Source: a virus. Taken from it: DNA of 64,000 bases. A program made the position numbers and the translations under genes. The notes beneath the pieces are model-generated. The model was not told where the DNA came from and did no database searches. It saw nothing but the letters and a program-made list of their open reading frames with translations. This document shows positions 1 to 10,060 of this stretch, piece after piece; the stretch's first letter is position 1, and every line of letters starts with the position of its first letter. Where the stretch lies: IMG/VR virus record IMGVR_UViG_3300032053_000049, positions 8,739 to 72,738 of that record; one strand, given 5' to 3'.

Positions 1-764
1 ACTTCATTAATTTTAATTTTAACTACCTCGGAATCCTTTATCTTTGTATTGAGTTCAGTAAGTTGTGCCTTAACGTCACCAATTTTTTCACAAATAAAGG
101 TGCCAAGAGAGTTAGTATTGGAAATATTATTAATATATTCTCTCAATACGGATTTTTGATCATCATCAAGTGATTTGTATTTTTTATTAAGACCATCAAC
201 TAACAATCTATATGAAAGTAAACGAATCTCTTCGCTTTGTTGTTCATAAAACTTAAGTAAATTTTCTTCCTCACTTGGCGATTTCTTTCTATCAGATACG
301 TGTTCAACTAAGTATGTCTTAGCTTTATATATTTCCCTAACGTCAAATTTAACATCTTTTGAAGTAGCATCCTCGAAGAGTTTAAATATGGAAGCTAACG
401 TCTTATAATTTCGAATGTTGGATTTTAAAAACTCATCAATTGGATATGTCTCTTTTATTTCCTTGATAAGTTGATATTTTTCTCTCAAAAGTTTAGCATC
501 ACTAAGTTTCTTTCGTTGTTCAAGTATAACTGATAAAAATCGTTCTGCGAAGGTCGTATCCTTGACCTTTTCGTTTAAAATAAAATTATAAAGTCGCCAT
601 TCCTTCCCCAGTTCTGTATTTTCTTTGAAATATTTGAAGAGAATTTCTTTGGCTTTGGAATCATCGGTTCCGGCAATAATATCAGCTGTAATTTGACGCG
701 TTAATAGCTCAAATAAAATGCCGGTATTTCTAAATTTAGAATGGCGCTTTTTCTTGATAGACAT
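1..764 (-). CDS. Conserved phage protein downstream of portal (partial, runs off window edge)
   Basis: ATG at 762-764 reads MSIKKKRHSKFRNTGILFELLTRQITADII; TATTTATA motif upstream (784-791). Not in ORF track, presumably because it is truncated by the window edge. Confidence 0.7.
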   Translation of the reverse strand, partial: MSIKKKRHSKFRNTGILFELLTRQITADIIAGTDDSKAKEILFKYFKENTELGKEWRLYNFILNEKVKDTTFAERFLSVILEQRKKLSDAKLLREKYQLIKEIKETYPIDEFLKSNIRNYKTLASIFKLFEDATSKDVKFDVREIYKAKTYLVEHVSDRKKSPSEEENLLKFYEQQSEEIRLLSYRLLVDGLNKKYKSLDDDQKSVLREYINNISNTNSLGTFICEKIGDVKAQLTELNTKIKDSEVVKIKINE

Positions 765-823
765 AAATTTAATTCTTCTATTTTATAAATATGATATATA
801 TACGTCAAAATATATTATTTCAA

Positions 824-3800
824 TTATTCATCTATTAGAATTTCTGGATCCATAATAGACTTGTTTCCATTGGTTTCCTTAATTAAATTTTTCTTTTCAC
901 TTCCCTTTTTTGACAGATAAGCATCTAGACTTTTGATTACATTTCCTTTTTTCATTGTAGCCACTCTTTTTTTATTCTCTTCCTTTTTCTTAGCCTCATC
1001 TATTGATAATGGAGATTTTTTAGAAAATTTATGAGTTATAGCACTACCAGGACGAGGTTTACTATTATTTTCTATATTTCCTAGAGGATCTTCTCCAAAC
1101 GGATAATCTGCTCTAGCATCTTTTTCTCCACTTTGATCACGGTTTCTTTTATATTCTTCTGAGTGATCATCATTACTTTCCTCTACAGGATTTTCTATTA
1201 CAACTTCTTTATCTTCATTTTTTTCAGTTTCCATAATTGGTGGGCCGCCTAGTCCTCCTAATTCTCCACCAGGACCACCCAATTCAGATCCACCGATTCC
1301 CCCACCGCCGACCAAACCTCCACCTCCACCTAGACCTCCACCTCCTAAACCTAAATCTCCTCCACCACCCATACCCGGTTGAGCGTTAGGATTTGGATTG
1401 ATCTTCTTGAACGGTTGAGCAGGATCATTACCTTCTTCCTCAATAGAACGAAAACGGTAAAGTTGCTTAGAATCATCCACAATTTCATCTCTAAGACCTT
1501 CAACATCGTCTTCTGATAAATTAAATACATTTTTATATACCCATTCCTTCGGAAAGAGTTTGATTTCCATCATACGAGAAGCAACCTCAACTTTATTACT
1601 CCAAACCTCAATCTTCTCTTTTTCAAAGATGGTCGATGGATTAGTAAGTTCTAGTTTAAAATTAACCAATGATTCATCCCTATATCCTTGGGCATATAAA
1701 TGAACTATAGCAATTTTTTCTAATTCAGAAATGAGGATTCTTTGAACACGTTGAATTGTACGAGCAAAGCGAACGTCTTCTGAATTATGTATTATAACTC
1801 CTGCCGAAGTAGCAAAATTATGATAATTTTTAATAGTTATATCACAAGTATCTCTTTTTTCAGATAACCGTTCAATTTTTATTACTTTATGATTTTTTAC
1901 ATATTTTTTAGAAAAATCTCTTATAGAGTTATAACCGTTTTCATAAATCAATTTATGTATATATGCTTTTCCACATTCCAGAGATTTGGATACTAATTTT
2001 GTATTATATCCATTTTCAGTAGAAAATTGAACTAAATCAATAAATGTTGGTAATGGGTTATTAAATCCTTTAGATTTCCTAAATGCTTCCACCATTAATG
2101 AAGATTTTTTATATTTTTTATTATTTTCTCTCAATAATTCTTTTCTATTACCACTATCTTTTTTCCATTTATTTTTACACATTTCAGACCATTCTATAGA
2201 ATTAAACTTATATTGAGCAAGATTTTTCTTTAACCGCTCTTTTTCCTCTGGATTATTATTTATATAATTTATTCTTTCTAAAGATTTTTTCTTTCTAAAC
2301 TCATCAGATTTTTTGTAAGCAATAGCTTCTGGAGAACAAAAAGTTTCATATGTATGATCTTTGTGAATATTTCTATGCTCAAGAAAAGTTAATCTTTTAA
2401 GATTTGGTGGGGAATTATCACTTCGCGAAAAATTATCATGGTGTACAATTACTAAATCATTTCTATTAAACTTAGTTTTATTTTTAATATGTGGTTGAAT
2501 AAGTTTTCCATTAATATGATCATCAATACGTTTATGAGTCCATTCCCATTTTTCCGTAGCAGGATTATAAATCTGTTCATAATCTGATTTTCCATACATT
2601 AATTTATTTCTCTTATATAATGGCATCAAAGATTGTCCTTCGGTAAGATCTTTCGCTTCAATCCATTTTCCATCTCTAGTCATAAAATTATGATCAGGAG
2701 TACAATCAATATATTCATTGTTATCAAGATGAACTCTAATAATATCAGTATTCATTCTTGTATAACCAGCCCATTCTATTTCTCCCGGAACAATATTTTT
2801 TGTGGTTTCATCTATAGAATATACATAATTTTTAATACCAATTTCATAATCTTTAATTAATTCTTCAACAGTCTTGGTTATTCCACTTAATAAAGGTATT
2901 TTTGTTTCAGGAACAATGCATGCAAGCGTGGCTTTTCCACTTAGCTCAGATTCGTACCCTAAAAAGGCCTTTGGTATCTTTAAAGCAGCCATCATTTTAT
3001 TACGAATGTATTCTACATCATCAATACCAGTCCATTCAATACCACTTAATGTTTCAATTGATGTTCCACTATCAGTACCACGAACTGGCAAATAAAAATC
3101 CTCAACCATATTTTGTAAATTAAATCGAAGATTATAATCACCTGTATTTTGATCTACATAAGGAACTTTTTTAGTTTTAGAAATCATTTTTTCCATAAAT
3201 GAATCAACATCTTGTGGAGGAATATTACCAATATCAATTTTGAAAATACGTCTTTCAGGAGCACGCATAATACGATTTATAAGCATCGCGTCTTCCAAAA
3301 GTGAATTATGTACAACCACGCCATTAGCAATAAAATTATGGTTATCTGATTCTACCATTATATCATAAACTGAAGAATTTTCTTCATAAGTTTCAATTGA
3401 TAAAATTCTCTCAAAATCTAAATCATATTCTTGATTAAAATTAATATATAATTTATATGTAGGGAATCTATGAATACCCAGTTCATCAATAGTTTCTTCT
3501 GGTTTATAACATTTTACTTCATTACACATTATTCCCGATTGTTGACATAAATGTTTTAATTGAGTAATCATTTCTTTATTAGATAAACCTATTACCGACC
3601 ATTTCCAAGAACCATCAGCATCAAATAATCCCTTTATAAATTCTTTCTTATTTTGTTTAGATAAATTAAATACCCATTCTGGAATTCTCTTATTTCTAAA
3701 TCCTGTTAAATAACCAGCGGTTTCCATTATGTATTTTAATTCTTTACTATAAGTTAAAGTACATCCTGGATGCGTATCATTATTTTTTGGATATGTTACG

Positions 3801-6800
3801 CAAATAGAATCTGAGTATTTTTTAATAATAGAAGTATATTTTTCATTTATTTCGCTATAAATACCATTAGCAAATCCAAGTCCATTTTTAGTTGTCCAAC
3901 CATCACCCAACATAAAACCAAAAAATCTTATAAAATTTTCATCTAATGTAAATGTAAAATCTTTATTAACGAAAGAAGGATTTTTGGAATTTTTGATATG
4001 TAAAAAATACATTTCGTTGGTTATCTTAAATTCCTTTTGAACATCAACAAAAATATTAAATGGTAATGATTTATCACCCATTAAAAAAGCATGTACTTGT
4101 TTATAAGGATGATTTTTTATAGTAGATTTAATTCGGTTAATAATACCAACTTTATTATAATTTTTAATATACTCAATTCCAATATTATTAAGTTTAGCAT
4201 AATACAATTTTGGATTTAATTTGATAGTATAATCTTTATTATCTGATTCTATTGTCGGTAAAACCAAACAATCCCCATTCTTTTTATTTACAATTAAATC
4301 TTTAGCTTTTTTATACAAATAATTTCCATCACTATTTTTTACTAAAACATCATGGGTTTCAGTTAAATGTAAAACTCTATGTTTGGTTTTAACTTCCAAT
4401 GTTTTTTTATTTCCAGTTTTTACACAATTTATAACCTTTGTTGGTTCAACCACGCATTTTTCGTAATTATAAGAATATACAACTGTATTCGGTTTAATAT
4501 CTTTTATTTTTTGATATCCAATATTTGTCCATATTTCCGAATTTTGATGTAAACAAAGTTGCTTCCATACCCTACGGCCGCCCTCGATCATTGAATTGTG
4601 AACTATTATACCATTTGCAATGAAATTAGAATTTAACGATTCTACTTGAATATCATATGTTTCTTTTTCTCCTCTATCTTCTATTTTTCTAACAGGTTCT
4701 AAAAATATATTTTTATTATCAATAAAATTATACTTTTCCATTTGTTGCTTTTCATCCGCATCAAAATAATAATTAAAAGAATATTCTCCGTGCTTATTAC
4801 ATTTTATTCCACGAATTTCTACCTCTTCTATTTTATCATTTTCTTTTGGATTTGATGATTTTATATTATTTAACTGAACTAATTTCTTAAAATCATAAAT
4901 TAAATCTTTGTTACATAACATTATAGAATAACATTTTGCCCATTCATCTTCATGTGTCCAGCCATCAGCATTTCCCAACCCAATTATAAAAGCGTTTTGA
5001 ATTTCATTATTTGATTCAAATACCCACGAAGGAATTCTTTTTTCTTTAGCATTATCACCAAATCCCATATTTTTTAATATTTTATATAATCTTTTAGAAT
5101 ATAAAATAGCGGTTCTAGACTTGCCGCCATGAAATGTGATATTAGCTTTTTTTCCAGCATATTTTTCTAATATTGACAAATATCTTTTATTCTGTTCTTC
5201 ATCGACACCAAGAGAAAAACATACTCTATAATTTGCAGATATACCATTTTTATTAGGATAATATTTAGCCCAACCATCACCTACCATAAATCCAAAAAAT
5301 TCAGCAAATTCATTATCTATCACATCTGGAATTTCATCCTTTTCTGGAACAAAAATAGGACAAGTAATTTGTTTATTATCTAATATATTTTTATCAATTA
5401 AAATGGTTTCTTTTGATTTTTTATTTTTATTAGAATTTATTACTAATAAATCACCGATTTTAATATTCTCTGCAATTTTATATTCTAAATTTTTATTTTC
5501 GGTATTAAAAACTAAAAATCTATGATTTTTACTGGAATCCACAAAATTGTGTTGAGTAGATATTCTAATGATTTCTTTTGTTCCAGAACAAATTTTATTT
5601 ACAACCTTAGTTAATTCAAAATTTTTAGTTTTTGTATTAAAAGACCACACGAATTCTCCTATATCTAAATCCTTTATATATTTCGAACCAAACTCTGTAT
5701 CAATATGTGTAGTAGATACTAAACACTTCCCATAGGGTAAGAAATTGCTGTCGCTCAGCAATCTAAAATGAGCACACTCAAAGGATTCAAGAGTTTCTAC
5801 TTGTGAAGTATCGGTAGGACGAATTTGAAATTTTACGTAATTTTTATTAAGAGGATCTGTATTTTCGAGACGTTCAACATTATAAGCAGAGATTGGTTCT
5901 ATTTGATAAACACCATATTCTGGTGAAATATACAATCTCATAAAAAAATCACCATATTTACATGTATTTCTAGTCCATGACCAAAGATTATGTTCAATAT
6001 TTAATACGTCATAAAAAAGATTAGTTAAAATACCTTTAATATTATCATCTTCAGCATTAACCACTAATACTTTACCCATTTCGTTAATCGTGAGACAATT
6101 ATGGGTAAAAAGTTTAGAACCATCTTGAGTTTCTATAGCATAAAGATGAGTAGAATTTCCAACATTTACTAAATCATAAGCATTATACTCCCCATCTTCT
6201 TGAATTGATACTACACGATGATTATTTGAATTAATTAAATCTTTTATTCCTTTATATCCTTTAGATCTTATATACCACCAAAGTTGTTTATTTGTTAAAT
6301 TATATTTACTAGATACTATTGATAAATTTCTTAAAATATTATTTCCACATTTAAGTTCTTCTAAAGCTAAGTTTTTAATATCAATAATAGGAATAGTTAT
6401 ACTATTTTCAAAAACATTTTTTAATTGATATATTCTATAAATATTATATTTTTTACATATTTGATTATTTATATCATTTCTATCTTTTCTACTAATATTA
6501 TATTTTTTCCCTAAATCGACCGATTTTAATCCATTTATAATATCATTTTCATATTCATTGATATTTATTTTGTTTATTGAATTGAAATTCTTCCATCTAC
6601 CATTTTTATTCCCAGAAAGTTTTTCTCCATACCCAAACATTCCATTTTTTAATCCATTTAAACCATACATTTCTTTTCGTTCTAATTCTGTCATATTAGA
6701 TATGAAGTTATTCATAAACGCTTTTTGTCTAACAGATACAAATTTTCGTTTTTCTTCTGTCCAATATTTACGATGTCCTTCTCTCGTTTTTTCTTTATAT

Positions 6801-7717
6801 TCATGAGTTCTAGAATCATCTGCCCATAATTCTTTATTAAATTGAGAATGAACTAATCTATGCTCTTTATAAGTCATCCACTGTAATACAGATGGATCAT
6901 TATTTTTTTTGTTAAATGAAGAATGGTGAATAACTTTGTCTTCAGATAATATTTTATTTCTACATTCAATTAGTTCTGGAATATAATTAGCCACAATTCT
7001 ATGAGTATATTTCCATTTTCCATTTTCTAATAACATTTCATACCCATTCATAAACTTATTTGTAGAAAGAGTAGTTCTAAACACTTTTAAAGAAGTTCCG
7101 TGTTCTAATTTATCGGTAGTTATAATTGTTCCATCTGATTTTACCCATTGATGATTAGCCGTACATTTTATTTCGGTTCCGTCATCTAATAAAACTTTTA
7201 ACATTTTCTTTTTTCCATTTAATGCTACTTTTTCACATTTAGAAGGAATAAATCTTCCATTTTCATCAATAGAATACACCCAAAAATCTTTTCGGTTCTG
7301 TAAATAAAGATCTGAAATTTTTATTTTTTCTCCGTTTAATAGTGGGATAATGGTGTCTCCATGAACACACTCATCTGAATAAATATCCAATGCACTAGCG
7401 ATGATGGGATCAAGGTCCATTGTGTCGTAATCTCTAAACAAATCAATTCTCGCAGCTTGATAGGCTAGTGAAAAGTCTCTGGTATAAGCATTATAAGAAG
7501 TTGAACGGACACGATTAAAACGATCACGAAGACTGTTTCTGTCTGTCGCATACATTAAATCACTGGTGTCTTTAACTTTTAATTTTTTTCCACCAACATT
7601 TCTAACTACTACGCCTGCAGAAAACAACTTTTTTAGACGAGCGAATAAAGATTTTTGTTTTACATCGATTTCGTCGCCATTTATTCCTGAGCTTGGTCTG
7701 ATAATGTCGTTATTCAT
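824..7717 (-). CDS. Portal protein (T4 gp20-like) precursor containing four inteins; spliced product about 700 aa
   Basis: Extein motifs DPIIASALDIYSDE, KYGDFF, LLEDAMLINRIMRAPERRIFKIDIGN, EDFYLPVRG, ALKIPKAFL, EDVRFARTIQR; adjacent to terminase; Gly-rich/acidic C-tail. Confidence 0.93.
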   Translation of the reverse strand: MNNDIIRPSSGINGDEIDVKQKSLFARLKKLFSAGVVVRNVGGKKLKVKDTSDLMYATDRNSLRDRFNRVRSTSYNAYTRDFSLAYQAARIDLFRDYDTMDLDPIIASALDIYSDECVHGDTIIPLLNGEKIKISDLYLQNRKDFWVYSIDENGRFIPSKCEKVALNGKKKMLKVLLDDGTEIKCTANHQWVKSDGTIITTDKLEHGTSLKVFRTTLSTNKFMNGYEMLLENGKWKYTHRIVANYIPELIECRNKILSEDKVIHHSSFNKKNNDPSVLQWMTYKEHRLVHSQFNKELWADDSRTHEYKEKTREGHRKYWTEEKRKFVSVRQKAFMNNFISNMTELERKEMYGLNGLKNGMFGYGEKLSGNKNGRWKNFNSINKININEYENDIINGLKSVDLGKKYNISRKDRNDINNQICKKYNIYRIYQLKNVFENSITIPIIDIKNLALEELKCGNNILRNLSIVSSKYNLTNKQLWWYIRSKGYKGIKDLINSNNHRVVSIQEDGEYNAYDLVNVGNSTHLYAIETQDGSKLFTHNCLTINEMGKVLVVNAEDDNIKGILTNLFYDVLNIEHNLWSWTRNTCKYGDFFMRLYISPEYGVYQIEPISAYNVERLENTDPLNKNYVKFQIRPTDTSQVETLESFECAHFRLLSDSNFLPYGKCLVSTTHIDTEFGSKYIKDLDIGEFVWSFNTKTKNFELTKVVNKICSGTKEIIRISTQHNFVDSSKNHRFLVFNTENKNLEYKIAENIKIGDLLVINSNKNKKSKETILIDKNILDNKQITCPIFVPEKDEIPDVIDNEFAEFFGFMVGDGWAKYYPNKNGISANYRVCFSLGVDEEQNKRYLSILEKYAGKKANITFHGGKSRTAILYSKRLYKILKNMGFGDNAKEKRIPSWVFESNNEIQNAFIIGLGNADGWTHEDEWAKCYSIMLCNKDLIYDFKKLVQLNNIKSSNPKENDKIEEVEIRGIKCNKHGEYSFNYYFDADEKQQMEKYNFIDNKNIFLEPVRKIEDRGEKETYDIQVESLNSNFIANGIIVHNSMIEGGRRVWKQLCLHQNSEIWTNIGYQKIKDIKPNTVVYSYNYEKCVVEPTKVINCVKTGNKKTLEVKTKHRVLHLTETHDVLVKNSDGNYLYKKAKDLIVNKKNGDCLVLPTIESDNKDYTIKLNPKLYYAKLNNIGIEYIKNYNKVGIINRIKSTIKNHPYKQVHAFLMGDKSLPFNIFVDVQKEFKITNEMYFLHIKNSKNPSFVNKDFTFTLDENFIRFFGFMLGDGWTTKNGLGFANGIYSEINEKYTSIIKKYSDSICVTYPKNNDTHPGCTLTYSKELKYIMETAGYLTGFRNKRIPEWVFNLSKQNKKEFIKGLFDADGSWKWSVIGLSNKEMITQLKHLCQQSGIMCNEVKCYKPEETIDELGIHRFPTYKLYINFNQEYDLDFERILSIETYEENSSVYDIMVESDNHNFIANGVVVHNSLLEDAMLINRIMRAPERRIFKIDIGNIPPQDVDSFMEKMISKTKKVPYVDQNTGDYNLRFNLQNMVEDFYLPVRGTDSGTSIETLSGIEWTGIDDVEYIRNKMMAALKIPKAFLGYESELSGKATLACIVPETKIPLLSGITKTVEELIKDYEIGIKNYVYSIDETTKNIVPGEIEWAGYTRMNTDIIRVHLDNNEYIDCTPDHNFMTRDGKWIEAKDLTEGQSLMPLYKRNKLMYGKSDYEQIYNPATEKWEWTHKRIDDHINGKLIQPHIKNKTKFNRNDLVIVHHDNFSRSDNSPPNLKRLTFLEHRNIHKDHTYETFCSPEAIAYKKSDEFRKKKSLERINYINNNPEEKERLKKNLAQYKFNSIEWSEMCKNKWKKDSGNRKELLRENNKKYKKSSLMVEAFRKSKGFNNPLPTFIDLVQFSTENGYNTKLVSKSLECGKAYIHKLIYENGYNSIRDFSKKYVKNHKVIKIERLSEKRDTCDITIKNYHNFATSAGVIIHNSEDVRFARTIQRVQRILISELEKIAIVHLYAQGYRDESLVNFKLELTNPSTIFEKEKIEVWSNKVEVASRMMEIKLFPKEWVYKNVFNLSEDDVEGLRDEIVDDSKQLYRFRSIEEEGNDPAQPFKKINPNPNAQPGMGGGGDLGLGGGGLGGGGGLVGGGGIGGSELGGPGGELGGLGGPPIMETEKNEDKEVVIENPVEESNDDHSEEYKRNRDQSGEKDARADYPFGEDPLGNIENNSKPRPGSAITHKFSKKSPLSIDEAKKKEENKKRVATMKKGNVIKSLDAYLSKKGSEKKNLIKETNGNKSIMDPEILIDE
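1784..2920 (-). mobile_element. Intein 4 in portal (379 aa, HNH-type endonuclease)
   Basis: Starts CIVPET after KATLA; block B CTPDHNF; VHHDNFSRSDN..NL...EH...H; ends IIHN followed by Ser. Confidence 0.93.
3305..4555 (-). mobile_element. Intein 3 in portal (417 aa, LAGLIDADG endonuclease)
   Basis: Starts CLHQNS after VWKQL; FFGFMLGDGW and FIKGLFDADGS; ends VVHN followed by Ser. Confidence 0.93.
4595..5725 (-). mobile_element. Intein 2 in portal (377 aa, LAGLIDADG endonuclease)
   Basis: Starts CLVSTT after PYGK; FFGFMVGDGW and FIIGLGNADGW motifs; ends IVHN followed by Ser. Confidence 0.93.
6098..7369 (-). mobile_element. Intein 1 in portal (424 aa, HNH-type endonuclease)
   Basis: Starts CVHGDT after SDE, block B CTANH, HNH-like IHHSSFNKKNND...EH...H, ends FTHN followed by Cys. 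Confidence 0.92.
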
Positions 7718-7744
7718 AATAATAAGTATATGTAGAGATGTGGT

Positions 7745-9379
7745 TTATTTAAGTAACCACACTAATGATTCAACATCTCCAGGTCTTCCACCAGTTTTCA
7801 TAGTCCATTGAGCCTGTCCTGATGTCATAGATGCAGCAGTATATATTGGTGTGTTAGTATTATCTGATTTCTTAACACTAATGTTATCTATCATATTTCT
7901 TGTAAGAATGATACCCTCCTGTCTTAATCTTATAGCTGTATCTCGTACCCACAATCCCAAACTCAAAGCTATAGTTAAATCATCATTACAGTTCTTAGAT
8001 GCTTGAGCTTTTCCATTATCCCAAACAAATGTTTTAAGTTCATTAATTGTCCTAACCGAATGAATATCTACTACTCTTTCACGAAAATATGCTTCTAATT
8101 TTGAAATAAGAAGAGGTCTTGTGCTAAGAGTTGTAGTAAATCCGGGTTTTAATTTCTTTTCTTCAGCATAATATCTACTAGTAATCCGCCGTTGAACTTC
8201 TACTACTTTAAGATCCAAACTACTATAAAAAGTATTTTTATATTCTCTATCTATAATACGTTGTAATACAGCAGGTCCCAAACCATTATATTCTACAATA
8301 AGAAGAGCATCATTATATTCTGTAGATAAATTAACCAAAACATCACCAAATTCCTTTGGTGTTATTTGTTGATGAAACTCAGCAACTTGTTCTAAAGTTT
8401 CTAGATTTAATACGTGAGCAGCAGAATAATCAGATCCGTCACCACGAGCTGGATCTGCGGAAATTATGTAGCTTTTTTCTTCTTTTGGTAATTCCCATAT
8501 CCATAAAAAGTTAGAATATCTTAATTCTATGGGATCTTTAATTCCCATTTCAGGTCGATTTGGTATATTTCTTTCTTCATATTCACGAAGAGTAAGTAAA
8601 TCAATTACACTTGTACCGGAAGTCAAGAAATCTGTGTCGCATTCTTGGGCAGCTTGTCTAGCACCCATATTTTTTGTTTGTAAATCTCTCCATTTTTTAT
8701 CTCGTTTTGGGTGAAGATTCCAAGGCAATCGAAGTATTTTAAAATCGTTTTTACCTTTTTCAGCATCAACCCACATCTTATGGAACCAATTTCCAACTCC
8801 AGAAGGAGTTGAAAGAACGATAGCAGATCCGCCGGTAGATAATGTGTTAAAAGATGAAGTCCAAATTTCATCAGCACAGTCAATAAAAGCAGCTTCATCA
8901 AGAACCAATAAACTAACAGCTTTAGAACGTCCGGCGTCTGTTGAAGATGAAGTAGCTTGAATTTGTGAACCGTTTTTAAGACGTAAAGATAAACGATTAT
9001 CTTCTGTAGCTATTACCTTTAACCACGAGGGAAGATGATCATTAGCAAATCTAACTTTAGTAATAATTTCTTTTGAAACTTCTTGTTTAATAGAAATAAT
9101 AAGAATACTTTTATCACTATTGAATATCATTTGCCAAAGAGAATAAGCAGCAACTAACGTAGTGATACCCATCTGTCTTGATTTAAGAATGAGAAGAAAT
9201 CTATCTTCGTGATATCGTTTTAATGTATCTTCCTGAAAAGGATAAAGATCAAATGGAACAGTACCTCCTTCATTTGGATTTTGAATCTTAACATATTTTC
9301 TTATAAAGTATATGGGATCTACCATACACTTTTTAGTTTCTTCGAAAATATATTTTCTTAAATCTTTTTCATTTCCCAT
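7745..9379 (-). CDS. terL: Terminase large subunit
   Basis: LYPFQ adenine motif, Walker A KSRQMGIT, Walker B LLVLDEAAF, motif III LSTP, nuclease SADPARGDGSDYS and NDD. Confidence 0.95.
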   Translation of the reverse strand: MGNEKDLRKYIFEETKKCMVDPIYFIRKYVKIQNPNEGGTVPFDLYPFQEDTLKRYHEDRFLLILKSRQMGITTLVAAYSLWQMIFNSDKSILIISIKQEVSKEIITKVRFANDHLPSWLKVIATEDNRLSLRLKNGSQIQATSSSTDAGRSKAVSLLVLDEAAFIDCADEIWTSSFNTLSTGGSAIVLSTPSGVGNWFHKMWVDAEKGKNDFKILRLPWNLHPKRDKKWRDLQTKNMGARQAAQECDTDFLTSGTSVIDLLTLREYEERNIPNRPEMGIKDPIELRYSNFLWIWELPKEEKSYIISADPARGDGSDYSAAHVLNLETLEQVAEFHQQITPKEFGDVLVNLSTEYNDALLIVEYNGLGPAVLQRIIDREYKNTFYSSLDLKVVEVQRRITSRYYAEEKKLKPGFTTTLSTRPLLISKLEAYFRERVVDIHSVRTINELKTFVWDNGKAQASKNCNDDLTIALSLGLWVRDTAIRLRQEGIILTRNMIDNISVKKSDNTNTPIYTAASMTSGQAQWTMKTGGRPGDVESLVWLLK

Positions 9380-9968
9380 ATTTAGTCGTAACCTCTTTTT
9401 CTAATTCCTCAATTAATTTATTAACTTTTTCTAAATCTAATTCGGCTTCTTTAAGTAACTTTTTATTTTGAGAACCCGTCCATGTAGTAATATCTCCATT
9501 AGCGTGAACCATCTCAATTTTTGAATTGTCTTTTTTTAAATAATCAATGGTTTCTATGACATTTTTTCTAAATTCTTTTGCTACAGAAAGTTTATTTTTA
9601 AGCATTTTTTCTTCTGTATAATTTTTAAATGTTCCATCAAATACCATTCTTGTTTCTTCTGCTTGAACACAATCACAACACATACCGGTTTTAGAGAAAA
9701 ATTTTTCATCGAGTCTATTTCCTAACATACCAACATTAAATCCACATACAGAACACTTTCTTTTGGTAAATTCTCTTATTAAATTAGCCTGTTCATTTAT
9801 TCTTATTTTGACCCCATTTTCCATTTTCCATTTAATATTATTTATATCTGTCCAAGAAGTTCCTTCTTTATGTCGAATTTTTGGTCCTTCATAACCAATC
9901 TGTACAAATGCATTATCTCCATCAACTATACGTTTAATAATTTCTATATTATATTTTCTTCGAGCCAT
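9369..9968 (-). CDS. Hypothetical protein with CxxC pairs, overlapping terL start
   Basis: 199-aa ORF, CSVC and CCDC motifs, C-terminal coiled coil. Confidence 0.7.
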   Translation of the reverse strand: MARRKYNIEIIKRIVDGDNAFVQIGYEGPKIRHKEGTSWTDINNIKWKMENGVKIRINEQANLIREFTKRKCSVCGFNVGMLGNRLDEKFFSKTGMCCDCVQAEETRMVFDGTFKNYTEEKMLKNKLSVAKEFRKNVIETIDYLKKDNSKIEMVHANGDITTWTGSQNKKLLKEAELDLEKVNKLIEELEKEVTTKYGK

Positions 9969-10060
9969 AACTTTAATTTTCCTTTCTCAAACAAATTTTT
10001 TATACTCCATCATCCATATAATTTATATATTGTTGTACATATTGTTACAATAATTATAGT

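Noticed and set aside
1240-1380. Short repeated ccacc/cctcc units resembling an array
   Set aside because: They are Gly codons of the low-complexity portal tail; there is no repeat-spacer structure and no CRISPR array was seen anywhere in the window.
8620-8830. Terminase variants QECDTDF and STPSG as intein-resistant alleles
   Set aside because: This depends on a recalled consensus that I cannot verify from this window; too weak to report.
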